Source of the DNA: Nitrosopumilaceae archaeon
Lineage (GTDB): Archaea; Thermoproteota; Nitrososphaeria; Nitrososphaerales; Nitrosopumilaceae
Assembly: GCA_965208905.1 (NCBI GenBank)
Contig: OZ242365.1
Location: forward strand, 1,024,001 to 1,088,000
Length of the DNA stretch: 64,000 bases
Reading direction: 5' to 3'
The translations under genes and the position numbers were made by a program. This document shows, one piece after another, positions 39,523-50,023 of the stretch (position 1 is the stretch's first letter; the number at the start of each line of letters is the position of its first letter). The notes beneath the pieces were generated by a model. The model was not told the origin of the DNA. It did not search any database and was given only the letters and a program-made list of their open reading frames with translations.

Positions 39523-40658
39523 TATACATTTGGCGTAATGACGGCTCGACCAGTTATTTTACGGTTTTTAAGATCGATTAGTGCGTCATTCGACTCTGGC
39601 AATGAATATCTCTTGGATATCATGGGGTTTATGTGCCCTTTTTTGACCAAATCTAGTAACTCTATCATATCATTATAACTTCCAGTATATGCTCCTTGTA
39701 TGGTGATGGATTTTAATGGTATGGTGACCAACGATATGTTTAGTAGCCCTCCGTATAGCCCCACTAGCACCATATTGCCCCGTTTACGTAGAACATCCAT
39801 GCCCAACTTGGCGGTGGCAGATGCATTTACAAAGTCTACAACGCTATCTGCGCCCATGTTATCGCATATCTTTATGATGTCCTTTACGGCATTCTCTGAT
39901 TTGGATATTATCGTATGGTGAGCACCCATCTTTCTAGCCGTCTCTAACTTCTTTTCACTCAAATCTACACAAATTATGGTGGCATCTGTTATGGCATGAG
40001 CTATCTGCACGCCCATGAGTCCTAGACCTCCTGCCCCCACAATCACTATATAACGAGGTGAGTTGGCATTGGCCTTCTTTATTGCTGTATATGCTGTAAG
40101 ACCAGAACAAGCCAAGGATGTGGCCGCCTCTACATTCACATTACCTAGTCTTGCCAGATACCTGTGGTGCGGAACTAGCATATAATCTGCATATCCGCCA
40201 TCTTGGAAGACTCCTAAGGAACGGGGTGTATCACACAAATTCTCATTATCCGCCATACATGCAGGACATCTTCTGCACCCAATCCATGGATATACCAAAA
40301 TTTTTTCGCCCACCGTGTACCCTCCTGTGTCTGGACCAGTCTGATGTATGGTGCCCACAACTTCATGACCTGGCGTAACAGGGTACTTTACTCCTCTGTC
40401 TGTGACCTTCATGAAGTTCCCATCTCCCATATCGTATCCGCCCTCCCACAAGTGGAGATCACTGTGGCATACACCTGTAGCCAGAACTTTGATCAACACC
40501 TGTGACTCTTTTGGAGATGGAGTCTCAGACTCTACCAGGTTTAGAGGTTCATTTGGACCTGGTATTCGTGCTGATTTCATACTTCGATGACTTTTATCTT
40601 TCATATAAGAGTTGATTCTTTGACTTTTGCGCAACATGGCGTGTATCTTGTGGTGCAA
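39522..40658 (-). CDS. Zinc-dependent alcohol dehydrogenase
   Basis: CHSD, GHE, Cys cluster, GAGGLG; probable start at MKSAR. Confidence 0.92.
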   Translation of the reverse strand: MHHKIHAMLRKSQRINSYMKDKSHRSMKSARIPGPNEPLNLVESETPSPKESQVLIKVLATGVCHSDLHLWEGGYDMGDGNFMKVTDRGVKYPVTPGHEVVGTIHQTGPDTGGYTVGEKILVYPWIGCRRCPACMADNENLCDTPRSLGVFQDGGYADYMLVPHHRYLARLGNVNVEAATSLACSGLTAYTAIKKANANSPRYIVIVGAGGLGLMGVQIAHAITDATIICVDLSEKKLETARKMGAHHTIISKSENAVKDIIKICDNMGADSVVDFVNASATAKLGMDVLRKRGNMVLVGLYGGLLNISLVTIPLKSITIQGAYTGSYNDMIELLDLVKKGHINPMISKRYSLPESNDALIDLKNRKITGRAVITPNV

Positions 40659-40714
40659 GTTTGCACACTGATACTAAATTTAACATACAAATTTGTGTAT
40701 TGTCTTCAAAAGAG

Positions 40715-41656
40715 TCATGGTGCAAACAGCACCTTTAGCGCCCCACTCTTGGCGCGCTCAAACGCCTCCCCATATCTATCCAGACTGTACGTGCAGTCCA
40801 CCATATCCTCTACTGATATTATACCTGAAGACAAGGCATCTATTGCTGGTGCAAACGGACCGCATCGCGAACCCACCAAGGTAAACTCGTTTATTATGGT
40901 CTGTGTGAGATTGTGGTTGCTGCCAGAGGCGGTAGTGGACTTTAGTATTATGGTACCCCTGGGCCGGGCCAGCTTTGTGGCATCTATCAATCCAGAACTA
41001 CTCCCGGTTGCATCGACCACAACATCGAATCTGCCAATATCCGCTGACTCTATACACATGCTGGCACTCACACCAAGATTCTCTAGTCTGTCCAGTTTAT
41101 CTTGATGCCTTCCAAAACATTTCACCTTTGAATATCTGTCCAGCACCATGGATATCAGTTGTCCCAACCGACCATCGCCCAGAACCGCTACCCGCCACTC
41201 TGGGCGCAATGGAACCTGCTCTAAAATCTCAAAAGCAGCTGCGAGAGGCTCCACAAAGACCGCTTGATGATTTGATACTGAATCTGGTATGACATGTAGG
41301 TTTCTCTCCGGCAGCGATAGGTACTCTGCAAACGCTCCATTCCTGTTTAGTATGCCCAAGACCGACCTGTGTGGACAGTGACGAGTCAGACCCGCTGCGC
41401 ATGTATGACACCTTTCGCAGGCAACATTGATCTCTCCTACTACGCGCTGACCCACTAAATCTGCACTCTCTGACTTAACTACAGTACCCACAAACTCGTG
41501 CCCTAGAACACCTTTGTATCCCATGTAGCCAGATGCTATCTCTATATCAGTTCCGCATATTCCTGCAAGATCCACGCGTACTATGGTACCATCTGTGGGA
41601 TCTGGAAACTCTGGATTAAACCCCAACGATGTCCCATCAAAATGTACTGCTTTCAT
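40715..41656 (-). CDS. Zinc-dependent alcohol dehydrogenase (MDR family)
   Basis: ICGTD, GHEFVG, CxxCxxC, GDGRLG. Confidence 0.9.
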   Translation of the reverse strand: MKAVHFDGTSLGFNPEFPDPTDGTIVRVDLAGICGTDIEIASGYMGYKGVLGHEFVGTVVKSESADLVGQRVVGEINVACERCHTCAAGLTRHCPHRSVLGILNRNGAFAEYLSLPERNLHVIPDSVSNHQAVFVEPLAAAFEILEQVPLRPEWRVAVLGDGRLGQLISMVLDRYSKVKCFGRHQDKLDRLENLGVSASMCIESADIGRFDVVVDATGSSSGLIDATKLARPRGTIILKSTTASGSNHNLTQTIINEFTLVGSRCGPFAPAIDALSSGIISVEDMVDCTYSLDRYGEAFERAKSGALKVLFAP

Positions 41657-41712
41657 TATATGATACCTGATGGTGCGAACCTTTTATTCATTGGGGGTAT
41701 GTTTTTTGTATT

Positions 41713-42408
41713 CTAGTCTTCTTTGTTCAGATAGATGTACTTCATTATGACCACTGCAATTATGCCGCCAACTATGGGCGCTGCCCAATACATCCAGTGA
41801 AACTCCCAGAATCCTGAGACAAGTGCTGGACCAAATGTTCTGGCCGGGTTTACTGATGCGCCCGTTAATGGTATTCCAACCATGTGTATCAAAAACACCA
41901 TCCCACCTATTGCAAATCCTGCCCATCCAGCACTAGCCTTTTTGTGGGCAGCAGTCATGCATATTGTGACCAGCAGGAAGAATGTCAGTATCGCCTCTAC
42001 GGCAAAACCTGATGCTGCACTGCTGTTGATTATCTCTGAAGGCCCTGGCTGCGTTCCTAGATTTACATCCATACCCAACTTTGGGAATATTGTCAGTAAC
42101 GTGAGTGATGCTATAACGGCACCAACTATCTGTGATATCACATACCCTATTCCATCTTTGATGGGAATCTGACGCACTATCATCATTGGAATCGTTACAG
42201 CTGGATTGATGTGTGCTCCTGATATGTGACCAAATGCATATATCATTATACCAATTATTCCACCATGGACCAGTGATATGAAGAAGACTGACATGGTGTC
42301 TAAACCCTCACCAAAGTAAGCTATCGCCAATATTATGGCTAAAGGCCCAAAGAAGACCAAGGCAAATGTAGATATACCTTCTGCCAGCCATGCTCTAGGA
42401 TTAACCAT
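41713..42408 (-). CDS. Aquaporin (MIP family)
   Basis: Two NPA motifs, six TMs. Confidence 0.95.
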   Translation of the reverse strand: MVNPRAWLAEGISTFALVFFGPLAIILAIAYFGEGLDTMSVFFISLVHGGIIGIMIYAFGHISGAHINPAVTIPMMIVRQIPIKDGIGYVISQIVGAVIASLTLLTIFPKLGMDVNLGTQPGPSEIINSSAASGFAVEAILTFFLLVTICMTAAHKKASAGWAGFAIGGMVFLIHMVGIPLTGASVNPARTFGPALVSGFWEFHWMYWAAPIVGGIIAVVIMKYIYLNKED

Positions 42409-42605
42409 ACACTAAACCTTCGCTATGGCCATATATTTATTGTTAAGGGGACCGGTAGTTAGCCTAGAGAGTTGTCTTTGCGAAGAACCATTCCTGTTCT
42501 GTCCAGCTTGTTAGGAGTGAATGCTCTGCTACATATGTCGGGCAAGTCATCACGGTACCCCAAAACTAACAAAGTTATATAAGGATATATGTTATATATC
42601 TTGTA

Positions 42606-42887
42606 ATGGCCACATATAGAACTAGTATGCAGATAATAGCAGATCTGCTGACGGTAACCCAAGATTCAGGTATGAAGGGTATTGGAACTACTTCATTGTT
42701 GACCAGGGCAAATCTTTCGCATTCCAGACTAGGAAAATTTCTGGATAACCTTACCGGTGCTGGCTTGGTCACGAAGATAGAGTATGACGGCAGACACACA
42801 TTTGTAATTACCCCTAGAGGACGACAGTACTTGGAGTCGTATGAACGATTCTCCAAGATTGCAGAGTCGTTTGGGCTTGAACTGTAA
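42606..42887 (+). CDS. Archaeal winged-helix transcriptional regulator
   Basis: YRT..II..L, ANLS, ITPRGRQYL pattern. Confidence 0.85.
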   Translation: MATYRTSMQIIADLLTVTQDSGMKGIGTTSLLTRANLSHSRLGKFLDNLTGAGLVTKIEYDGRHTFVITPRGRQYLESYERFSKIAESFGLEL

Positions 42888-42894
42888 CGTATAA

Positions 42895-43062
42895 TCATCT
42901 TCTTTTCCTTTTGTATTCTCTTCTATTTTTGTACGATGAGTACATTATGACAATGATGGCGCCTGCGAGCATACCGTAGAACGGAAGCCATCTCTCTTGA
43001 GTGGCCATTATTATCATCCCTCCTACCAACAAAGCAAGAATCACCATCAGATACTTGTCCAT
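42895..43062 (-). CDS. Small two-TM protein
   Basis: MDKYLMVILALL... with basic tail; start trimmed to avoid the divergent gene. Confidence 0.6.
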   Translation of the reverse strand: MDKYLMVILALLVGGMIIMATQERWLPFYGMLAGAIIVIMYSSYKNRREYKRKRR

Positions 43063-43132
43063 CACATACAATGACACTTGTCGTATAATTAAACCTCTAG
43101 CGCTTATATCATACGTATTGTATATCGATGTG

Positions 43133-43627
43133 ATGACCAAAGGGCGTGGCAGATTCAGCAAGAGGGGCCTTATACTGACCGTTATCATACTAGCAGCCAT
43201 AACTGCTGCGAGCTTTATTGTATATGTGGTACCGCAAAATTCTGGTACCATCTTTGTAACTACAGATTATGCGGCCCAACTTGACTCTGTCTCAAACATA
43301 CACAACACACTACAGATATCCTTTCAAGAACAGTACGAGATGGTGTTAAGCGGGCAAATAACCGTAGACGAGTATGTCCAGGCAGCTCAGGTGTTGTCGG
43401 ACCAGACTGTAGGTCAGATATCCATACTGGCCACGACTGGCCCGCCAGCAGAGTGGTCTGAGAGCTACTCGGCGTATACCGAGTCATTACGTGCATTTAA
43501 CAGCATGCTGCGCGAATCTGTCATATTGATGGATGATATGCAGAGTGTGGATACTCTAAATCGTATAGCGCAATTGAATACTACCACCCATGACTATATT
43601 GAGATGTCTGCATCTGCAAGACCATGA
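43133..43627 (+). CDS. Hypothetical membrane-anchored helical protein
   Basis: Basic N-terminus plus TM; coupled to tsr3. Confidence 0.65.
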   Translation: MTKGRGRFSKRGLILTVIILAAITAASFIVYVVPQNSGTIFVTTDYAAQLDSVSNIHNTLQISFQEQYEMVLSGQITVDEYVQAAQVLSDQTVGQISILATTGPPAEWSESYSAYTESLRAFNSMLRESVILMDDMQSVDTLNRIAQLNTTTHDYIEMSASARP

Positions 43628-44121
43628 CGTATGATATAGTACAGATTGTTATGATGGGTCAGGATGATCCTAAAAAATGTACAGCTGCAAAGTTGGTAAA
43701 ATTCAAGATGGCTATACCCGTAAGACGCATACCTGTCAACAGCATGCTGTTACATCCATACGCTGATGAGGTCCTCCTTCCTAGGGATAATAATCGTAAC
43801 ATATGCGCAATTGACTGCTCCTGGAGACTGGCATCACAAGAGTTCACCCGTATAATGTATAGTCATGGGCGACATCTGCCTCCATTACTGGCAGGCAATC
43901 CCACAAACTACGCAAAGATAGGCAAACTTAGTACAGTTGAGGCGATATCTGCCGCACTATACATAACTGGATTTATGGATAGAGCCATCTTGCTGTTAGA
44001 TAAGTTTCGATGGGGTCATACATTTTTAGAGCTGAACGCCGGCCCACTACAAGAGTACTCAGGTGCCCACACTAAAGACCAAATGTATGATATAGCCAAG
44101 TCATACAGACTTTTGCCTTGA
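43624..44121 (+). CDS. tsr3: rRNA aminocarboxypropyltransferase
   Basis: QDDPKKC, DCSW, LPPLLAGNPTNY, LSTVEA, FRWGHTF. Confidence 0.93.
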   Translation: MTYDIVQIVMMGQDDPKKCTAAKLVKFKMAIPVRRIPVNSMLLHPYADEVLLPRDNNRNICAIDCSWRLASQEFTRIMYSHGRHLPPLLAGNPTNYAKIGKLSTVEAISAALYITGFMDRAILLLDKFRWGHTFLELNAGPLQEYSGAHTKDQMYDIAKSYRLLP

Positions 44122-46539
44122 TCTGACATATCTGTACGATATGCCAATACCAATCAGTATGGCTACTATGGGAATTACGACCCACCACGCTTCATTATCC
44201 TGAGGCATTGCCTGAACCTCCACTTCTTCTGAGGTGGGTAATTGGGCATCTGTCACGAAAAAGCCACTGGAGTATGAGTCCGGCCTTAACACTGTATCGG
44301 ATAATGCAAATATCTTAAAGTTGGCAACACCCTCTGTCAATGATGTGGTATCTACAAGTATTGTATTTCCTTGGGGCTGGGGTATCACATCTCCAGATGC
44401 CACAACACTATCAGTTGAATCTGTTACAAAGTATTTGAGGTTGGTTGCATGCATTGTATTTACGACCACTTCCATGGGGCTATTGACGCTGACCGTCTCT
44501 GGAACTGATATGTCTGTAATGCGGGGTATGCTTACATTCTCCAAATGCGACCATTCATCTGCTGCAAACGGGTAGTTGTCACTTTGGAACTGCTGTATGG
44601 TTATAGTGCGAGCTTCTGGCGAGTATCCCTGTACAGTATATGGGCCATTGCTGATGGCGGCATGATTGTACTCTTTTATCCATGATATGGCCGCGTCATA
44701 TCGTTCTGTGTGAGTATTAGTGATACCTGATAGTGCTACAGGCGTAACATTGTTCTCTTGAAACTCCTCTAGATACTGTAACAGTATGGCCGCATCATCG
44801 GGAATCAATACTGATAGCCAGCTTACCTCCTTTACAGTAGCAGCTGATCTGGAGAAGGCGGTCTTATCGTCTATGACTGCCTGTTCCATGGCATAGTATA
44901 TCTCCCACGGCATGGCCAGTCCCAGGACTGACCAGTCTGCTATCTCTCCCTCATCAAAGTGCCAATAATCTACGTATACTTCTAGTGTATTCTCGTCTAT
45001 GACTCGAATCCCCTTTATGCTGTCCAGTGCTTGAGATGCCTTAGGTGTATAGTCTGGATCAAAGGATCTGTCATCTTCTCCTTCTTGTGTGCCCCACTCG
45101 GCTAGAAAATAAGCCGAGTATAGTACGTCCTCCATACTTGTTTCAATGCCATGGTGCCAACTACCAAATGTATAATGTATGATGGCATAACTGGTTGCGT
45201 TCACTCCTTCCCCCACATCTGCCCACGACTGTGTTGAAACATCCCACAGTATGGCATCTGCAGGTACATCCATTGTGCCATGCGGACCTGCAGTCTCTAC
45301 CTCCCATGTGGCTCCTATGGGCATGACTTCTCCTGAATATGGGTGTCTGAATATTGCAGGATCCCAGACTGTATTCCATATGTGTCTGCTGTAGATGTCA
45401 CTGAGCCCTCCGACCGGATTCCATGAACCCTGATATATCTGCTTGACCCCTATATCTAGAGTGTCTTTGTCGGCACGTGCATTTATGGGTGTGAATCTTG
45501 TGGGTACGCCTGCACCAAAGTCGTTTATGACTCCATCTATACCTTCATGTACTGCATATTGGTCCGTCCGTCCAGCTAAAAATATACGCACACTCTCGTC
45601 TACACCTATTGATACTGCCTGTCGAATCAACCCGACTCTCTCCTCTGCAGATGCAAAACTACCTGTGTATATGGCCTGTGTCAAGTTGTCCAGACGTGGG
45701 TTCTCATAGTTCCAGAAGGTGGGGTCGTTATATCCGGGCATCAATGAGAACCACGGGGAGTACATCTGCGCCAGACCTGTAGAGTCATACCTGACAAAGC
45801 CGCTACGGCCCCATCCTTCTGTGTATATGTGCCAACCTAAATCTGCCGGATTGGCGCCATACACAGCAACAAATGCCTTGTTCAGATCACCATAGTCCCT
45901 GTGTACTATAAAGCCCGCCTTCTCCAGCTCAAATGATAGTATCTCACCTATGGATTTACGTGTGGGGTCATCACTTCGAATTACCACCTTTATCTCCACT
46001 GATGAGCCATTCATCATCCACATGTCGTTCTCTTTTATGGCGCCTGCATTGGTCATTGCCTCATGTATCATTGTATTTGCAAGTATTGGATTATATACAA
46101 AGTTGTATGATTCTATTTCTTCCAACACTGATATGTATTCGGGATCATGCGGCCCGTAGTATGACATCATTATACTGCCATATCCACCCATCAACTCATT
46201 CACTATCAGGCTACGATCCACCATGTAATTTAGTGCAAAACGTATCTCTTGTATGGAGAATGGATTGAACGTATCTGCAACTGCCGGATTCACCAGTAGA
46301 CTGTATGAGTTTCCACTAGATGCATACACCTTTAATCCCTCACGATCTTCAGGTTCAGCCAACCGTTCAGATGGAATCCTCCAAAAGTACATATCGATAT
46401 TGCCTTTCCGGACCTCTTCTAATGCAGTATCCTCGTCCAGATACTGTATGAATCGTACCGTATCAAAGTTTGTATCTGCGTATGCCACACCTGAAAACAA
46501 CACCACTACCGATACAATGGGTATGGCGTAATGCAACAT
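44101..46539 (-). CDS. ABC transporter substrate-binding protein (peptide/nickel family 5)
   Basis: Signal peptide, IRFALNYMVDR, SNGPY, C-terminal TM anchor. Confidence 0.85.
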   Translation of the reverse strand: MLHYAIPIVSVVVLFSGVAYADTNFDTVRFIQYLDEDTALEEVRKGNIDMYFWRIPSERLAEPEDREGLKVYASSGNSYSLLVNPAVADTFNPFSIQEIRFALNYMVDRSLIVNELMGGYGSIMMSYYGPHDPEYISVLEEIESYNFVYNPILANTMIHEAMTNAGAIKENDMWMMNGSSVEIKVVIRSDDPTRKSIGEILSFELEKAGFIVHRDYGDLNKAFVAVYGANPADLGWHIYTEGWGRSGFVRYDSTGLAQMYSPWFSLMPGYNDPTFWNYENPRLDNLTQAIYTGSFASAEERVGLIRQAVSIGVDESVRIFLAGRTDQYAVHEGIDGVINDFGAGVPTRFTPINARADKDTLDIGVKQIYQGSWNPVGGLSDIYSRHIWNTVWDPAIFRHPYSGEVMPIGATWEVETAGPHGTMDVPADAILWDVSTQSWADVGEGVNATSYAIIHYTFGSWHHGIETSMEDVLYSAYFLAEWGTQEGEDDRSFDPDYTPKASQALDSIKGIRVIDENTLEVYVDYWHFDEGEIADWSVLGLAMPWEIYYAMEQAVIDDKTAFSRSAATVKEVSWLSVLIPDDAAILLQYLEEFQENNVTPVALSGITNTHTERYDAAISWIKEYNHAAISNGPYTVQGYSPEARTITIQQFQSDNYPFAADEWSHLENVSIPRITDISVPETVSVNSPMEVVVNTMHATNLKYFVTDSTDSVVASGDVIPQPQGNTILVDTTSLTEGVANFKIFALSDTVLRPDSYSSGFFVTDAQLPTSEEVEVQAMPQDNEAWWVVIPIVAILIGIGISYRYVRSRQKSV

Positions 46540-46592
46540 GAGTACGATGATATATGCTATCTATAAAACTTTTATTGTTCTTGTGCGGTGAG

Positions 46593-47636
46593 TGTATTAT
46601 GTCGAAATTATTTCGCCTAGTCATCGGTGTCCCTCTCCATCCATTCTAAGTCACTCTTCCTGACATCATCTGGTACTTTTTTGTTGTGAAATGCCTGTAG
46701 CGGGGTCTCGCCATTGTTTATGTCTAAAGACCAGTGCAGTCGCACCTCGTTGTAGTACGCGACAAACTCCGCTAGGCTGCCAAAATGACATAGTTCTTCT
46801 TCCAAGGTGCGGTGGAACCGTTCAAGCTTGCCGTTTGTTTGTGGGTGGTAGGGGCGGGTGTTGATCAACTCAATACCCCGGTCAAGCAGCTCTGCCTCAA
46901 ATATAGTGGGGGTCCATGATTTTGCAGGAATCTTTCTTCTCACACCCACAAAGCACGATCCGTTGTCGGAGAGTATGGTGGCCGGGGTTCCAAACTCAAC
47001 AATGCTATTTTGCAGGACTGTTACCGCGTTCTCGGATGTGGTCCCCTTGAATATCATGGCTCCAACCACACATCTTGACGCATCATCAAGATATGTGATT
47101 AATTGGTAGCCTTGAAAACGTGGATCTTTCATCGCATGCCAGTCCGTATGCCACATCGCATTGGAGTATCTGCGCTCATAGCGTATCCATTTACGCCTGC
47201 GCGATTTTGCTGCAGATGGAGTGACCATATTGTTTTCTTTCATGATTGTGTATACCGTTTTTTCACTTATTTGTATGCCCTTGTGATTTAAGTACTTGGT
47301 GATCCTTGTGACGCCTGCTGGCATTATACGATGTGCTGCTAGTACGACGTTGGTTTGCTCCTCGGTGGGAGGAATCTTGGGTCTGCCTGGCATTTGTAGT
47401 GTGGGAATCTTGCCCGTTGCACGATACATTGCCCAGAGTTGTTGTACGCGTCTCTGGCTAATCTTCATCTCTGTAGCAATGTGTGATGTACTACTACCTT
47501 TCCTGCATTGTCGAATGATATAATCTATCTGCTTCTGTGTCAGATTGACTCTCATGGGTTTGCGTGATCTATATAGACTAAAATATTCTTTGGTTGGCAG
47601 TCTAAAGTTAGGGCGAACTAATTTCCGCACAATAGA
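46593..47636 (-). mobile_element. IS481-family insertion sequence, copy 2 (intact)
   Basis: 1044 bp, near-identical to 12463-13506 (one aa difference, GAT/GTT); no TSD. Confidence 0.92.
46617..47555 (-). CDS. IS481-family DDE transposase
   Basis: Same motifs as copy 1. Confidence 0.92.
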   Translation of the reverse strand: MRVNLTQKQIDYIIRQCRKGSSTSHIATEMKISQRRVQQLWAMYRATGKIPTLQMPGRPKIPPTEEQTNVVLAAHRIMPAGVTRITKYLNHKGIQISEKTVYTIMKENNMVTPSAAKSRRRKWIRYERRYSNAMWHTDWHAMKDPRFQGYQLITYLDDASRCVVGAMIFKGTTSENAVTVLQNSIVEFGTPATILSDNGSCFVGVRRKIPAKSWTPTIFEAELLDRGIELINTRPYHPQTNGKLERFHRTLEEELCHFGSLAEFVAYYNEVRLHWSLDINNGETPLQAFHNKKVPDDVRKSDLEWMERDTDD

Positions 47637-47688
47637 AGAAATCTACAATAAAAAAACACTTTTGTACTCCATTCATGTATTATACATC

Positions 47689-47868
47689 ATGAAAGTAGAA
47701 TGGAACCAAGACAAATGTATTCACTCTGCCGAATGCGTAAAGAACCTCCCTGCCGTATTCATGGTCAAGGATGGAAAGTTTATCATTGAGCAGGAGGGCG
47801 CCCCTCAGGCCGATATACGACGGGTTGTCCGCATGTGTCCGTCTGGTGCACTAGAGATATCCGAGTAG
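47689..47868 (+). CDS. Small divergent 4Fe-4S/ferredoxin-like protein
   Basis: MKVEWNQDKCIHSAECV...CPSGAL. Confidence 0.85.
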   Translation: MKVEWNQDKCIHSAECVKNLPAVFMVKDGKFIIEQEGAPQADIRRVVRMCPSGALEISE

Positions 47869-48057
47869 GCAGGCCACCGACAGAATGAGATAGTACAATA
47901 CACGTATGTATACCCTCACACCGAGCTTGCAAACTTTATTCGCATAAACAAGGCAAACCATACCATACATGTAGACATATGGCCACCCCACGGCACACAT
48001 ATTCCCATACACCAGTACATATGGAACAAGACGTTCCATGACACCGGCAATACCGTA

Positions 48058-48660
48058 ATGTCTGATATGCATCTATCTGAGATGTATAATCATACATTGC
48101 ACCATACGGGGGATAGTGCCATACAGATAAGACTGAACAAGACCGCACTGACATTTTTGAGTAATGTATTGCATATGCACAATTATACTACAATATTTGA
48201 TATCCCCATACACGAGGCGCTAGAGTACGAGGCGCATCTAAATATTATAATCTCCATACACAACAAGACCATCCATCGTATAATGCCATACGAGTTTGAT
48301 GTGCCGTATGTATATACAATATATCGCGGCCAGCCTCTCAATGTCACCATATACAGATATCATGATGATATGGTGCATGTTGTGGCGCCATCCGAATTTG
48401 GCACCATACATGGCAAGTACTGCAATTATACGCCATGCAGGTTTGACATACAAAGGGATGCCACACACATGATTATACACAACGAGTGGAACGATACACT
48501 CACAATCAAAGTGCCGCCACTCAAGTCTGATATACGAAAGTTTGATACAATTGAGCAGTATACAACTGAGTTTGGCCCATACGCAATACCAATCATTATC
48601 ATATCTGTACTGTCATATGTTGCATATAGACGGCTGTATGGTTATCTTGCAACCCGATAA
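48058..48660 (+). CDS. Hypothetical protein with C-terminal TM (possibly a truncated remnant)
   Basis: 200-aa ORF with a C-terminal anchor but no signal peptide. Confidence 0.45.
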   Translation: MSDMHLSEMYNHTLHHTGDSAIQIRLNKTALTFLSNVLHMHNYTTIFDIPIHEALEYEAHLNIIISIHNKTIHRIMPYEFDVPYVYTIYRGQPLNVTIYRYHDDMVHVVAPSEFGTIHGKYCNYTPCRFDIQRDATHMIIHNEWNDTLTIKVPPLKSDIRKFDTIEQYTTEFGPYAIPIIIISVLSYVAYRRLYGYLATR

Positions 48661-48663
48661 TTA

Positions 48664-49128
48664 ATGCTCTTTGAGTTAGCTCTCTCCGACTTGGGGGAGC
48701 TGTACTATAAAACAACTTATATTTTAGGCATGATTAGTCCACACATGGATAGTGTAAGTCATTTTGAGATTCCCGCCGATGATATAGAGCGTGCTAGAGA
48801 ATTCTACCAGAGCATATTCGGATGGCAGATATCTAAACTTCCGGATATGGACTATTACTGGATTAATGCTACTGATACAGACCACGAAACAGGAATCCCA
48901 AAGGAGCCGGGCGCAATAAACGGCGGCATGCTACGCAAGATGGACCCCAGAGCCATACCCACAATTGTAATAACCGTAGAGTCACTAGATGAGCGCCTAA
49001 AACAAGTCGTTGAAGCAGGTGGTTCTGTAATTGTACCAAAGATGGAGATAGGCAAGCATGGATTCTATGCGCTAGTATCTGACACCGAAGGGAATAATAT
49101 CGGTTTATGGCAGAACAAGCCTAAATAG
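48664..49128 (+). CDS. VOC/glyoxalase family protein
   Basis: HFEIPADD..RA..FY..IFGW, INGG, DTEGNNIGL; likely start at MDSV. Confidence 0.92.
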   Translation: MLFELALSDLGELYYKTTYILGMISPHMDSVSHFEIPADDIERAREFYQSIFGWQISKLPDMDYYWINATDTDHETGIPKEPGAINGGMLRKMDPRAIPTIVITVESLDERLKQVVEAGGSVIVPKMEIGKHGFYALVSDTEGNNIGLWQNKPK

Positions 49129-49462
49129 ATACCATATAGAGTCATACATGAAAATCTGGTGTAACCATGACTATGTGGTAGCAGACGACTCTGAGATAGT
49201 ATGCAGAAAGTGTGGAATTGTAATGGATGATATGGATGAAAAGACACAGGCGCCCTCACAGTCCAAGGCCAACCTGTATGAATTACGGGAAGTAGGCTCA
49301 AAGGATGCAGACCTAACCAGACTTTGAGGGTATGGCAGTCTTGATATCTGTACCATCTAATAGTACGCGAACCTTGCCTCTGTTGTTGTAATTCTTTTTA
49401 GTAAGAAGCGTCATGGTTATTTCTACCAAGCCTTCCTGACGATTTTATCACCATTGGTTTTT

Positions 49463-49972
49463 TCACTGGTGAAGGTCTCTTGTAGCTGATACATTGTTTA
49501 TCTTCTTCCGCTTTGGTATTACTAGTGCATCACATCTTCTCTTTGGTGTACTTTGTCGCCTCTTCATATGGAATAGAATCATCATAGCTAGTCTACCTTC
49601 GTATCCTAGTACGGGCGGACGTATCACAGATAATATAACAATTACACAAAATGGTATTACAGATATCCACACATCAAATATACTCATCATGCCAAACAAT
49701 GTGGGCAATCCCACACCAAAGAGCAGTAATGCTTGAGACCCATTAATGTACCCTAGTACGGGCATCTGGAATAGTGGCTGGTTCAAGGCGGTGGGTCTGT
49801 GAAACCATAACGCTGTCTTGTCACTGTATGATGTCATGTATTGTATAGCGGTACTTCTAAAAAGACTCATTTCACACAAGGCAGCAAATATACTATTCAG
49901 TGAGATGTCAAGGGGTATGTAGTCTGAGCTGCGCAAGGCAAGGGTGGATACGTTCAGCCATTGATGGCCCAT
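49463..49972 (-). CDS. Hypothetical membrane protein, PrgI/VirB3-like topology
   Basis: Two TMs followed by RP...E..L and a basic tail; family call is tentative. Confidence 0.4.
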   Translation of the reverse strand: MGHQWLNVSTLALRSSDYIPLDISLNSIFAALCEMSLFRSTAIQYMTSYSDKTALWFHRPTALNQPLFQMPVLGYINGSQALLLFGVGLPTLFGMMSIFDVWISVIPFCVIVILSVIRPPVLGYEGRLAMMILFHMKRRQSTPKRRCDALVIPKRKKINNVSATRDLHQ

Positions 49973-50023
49973 GGGTGTGAACTGTATCTGTCACTACTGT
50001 AAATTTAATGAACATTATTACAT

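Noticed and set aside
12463-47636. 35-kb inversion between the two IS481 copies
   Set aside because: Copy 1 retains both halves of its 15-bp TSD, so it has not exchanged flanks with copy 2
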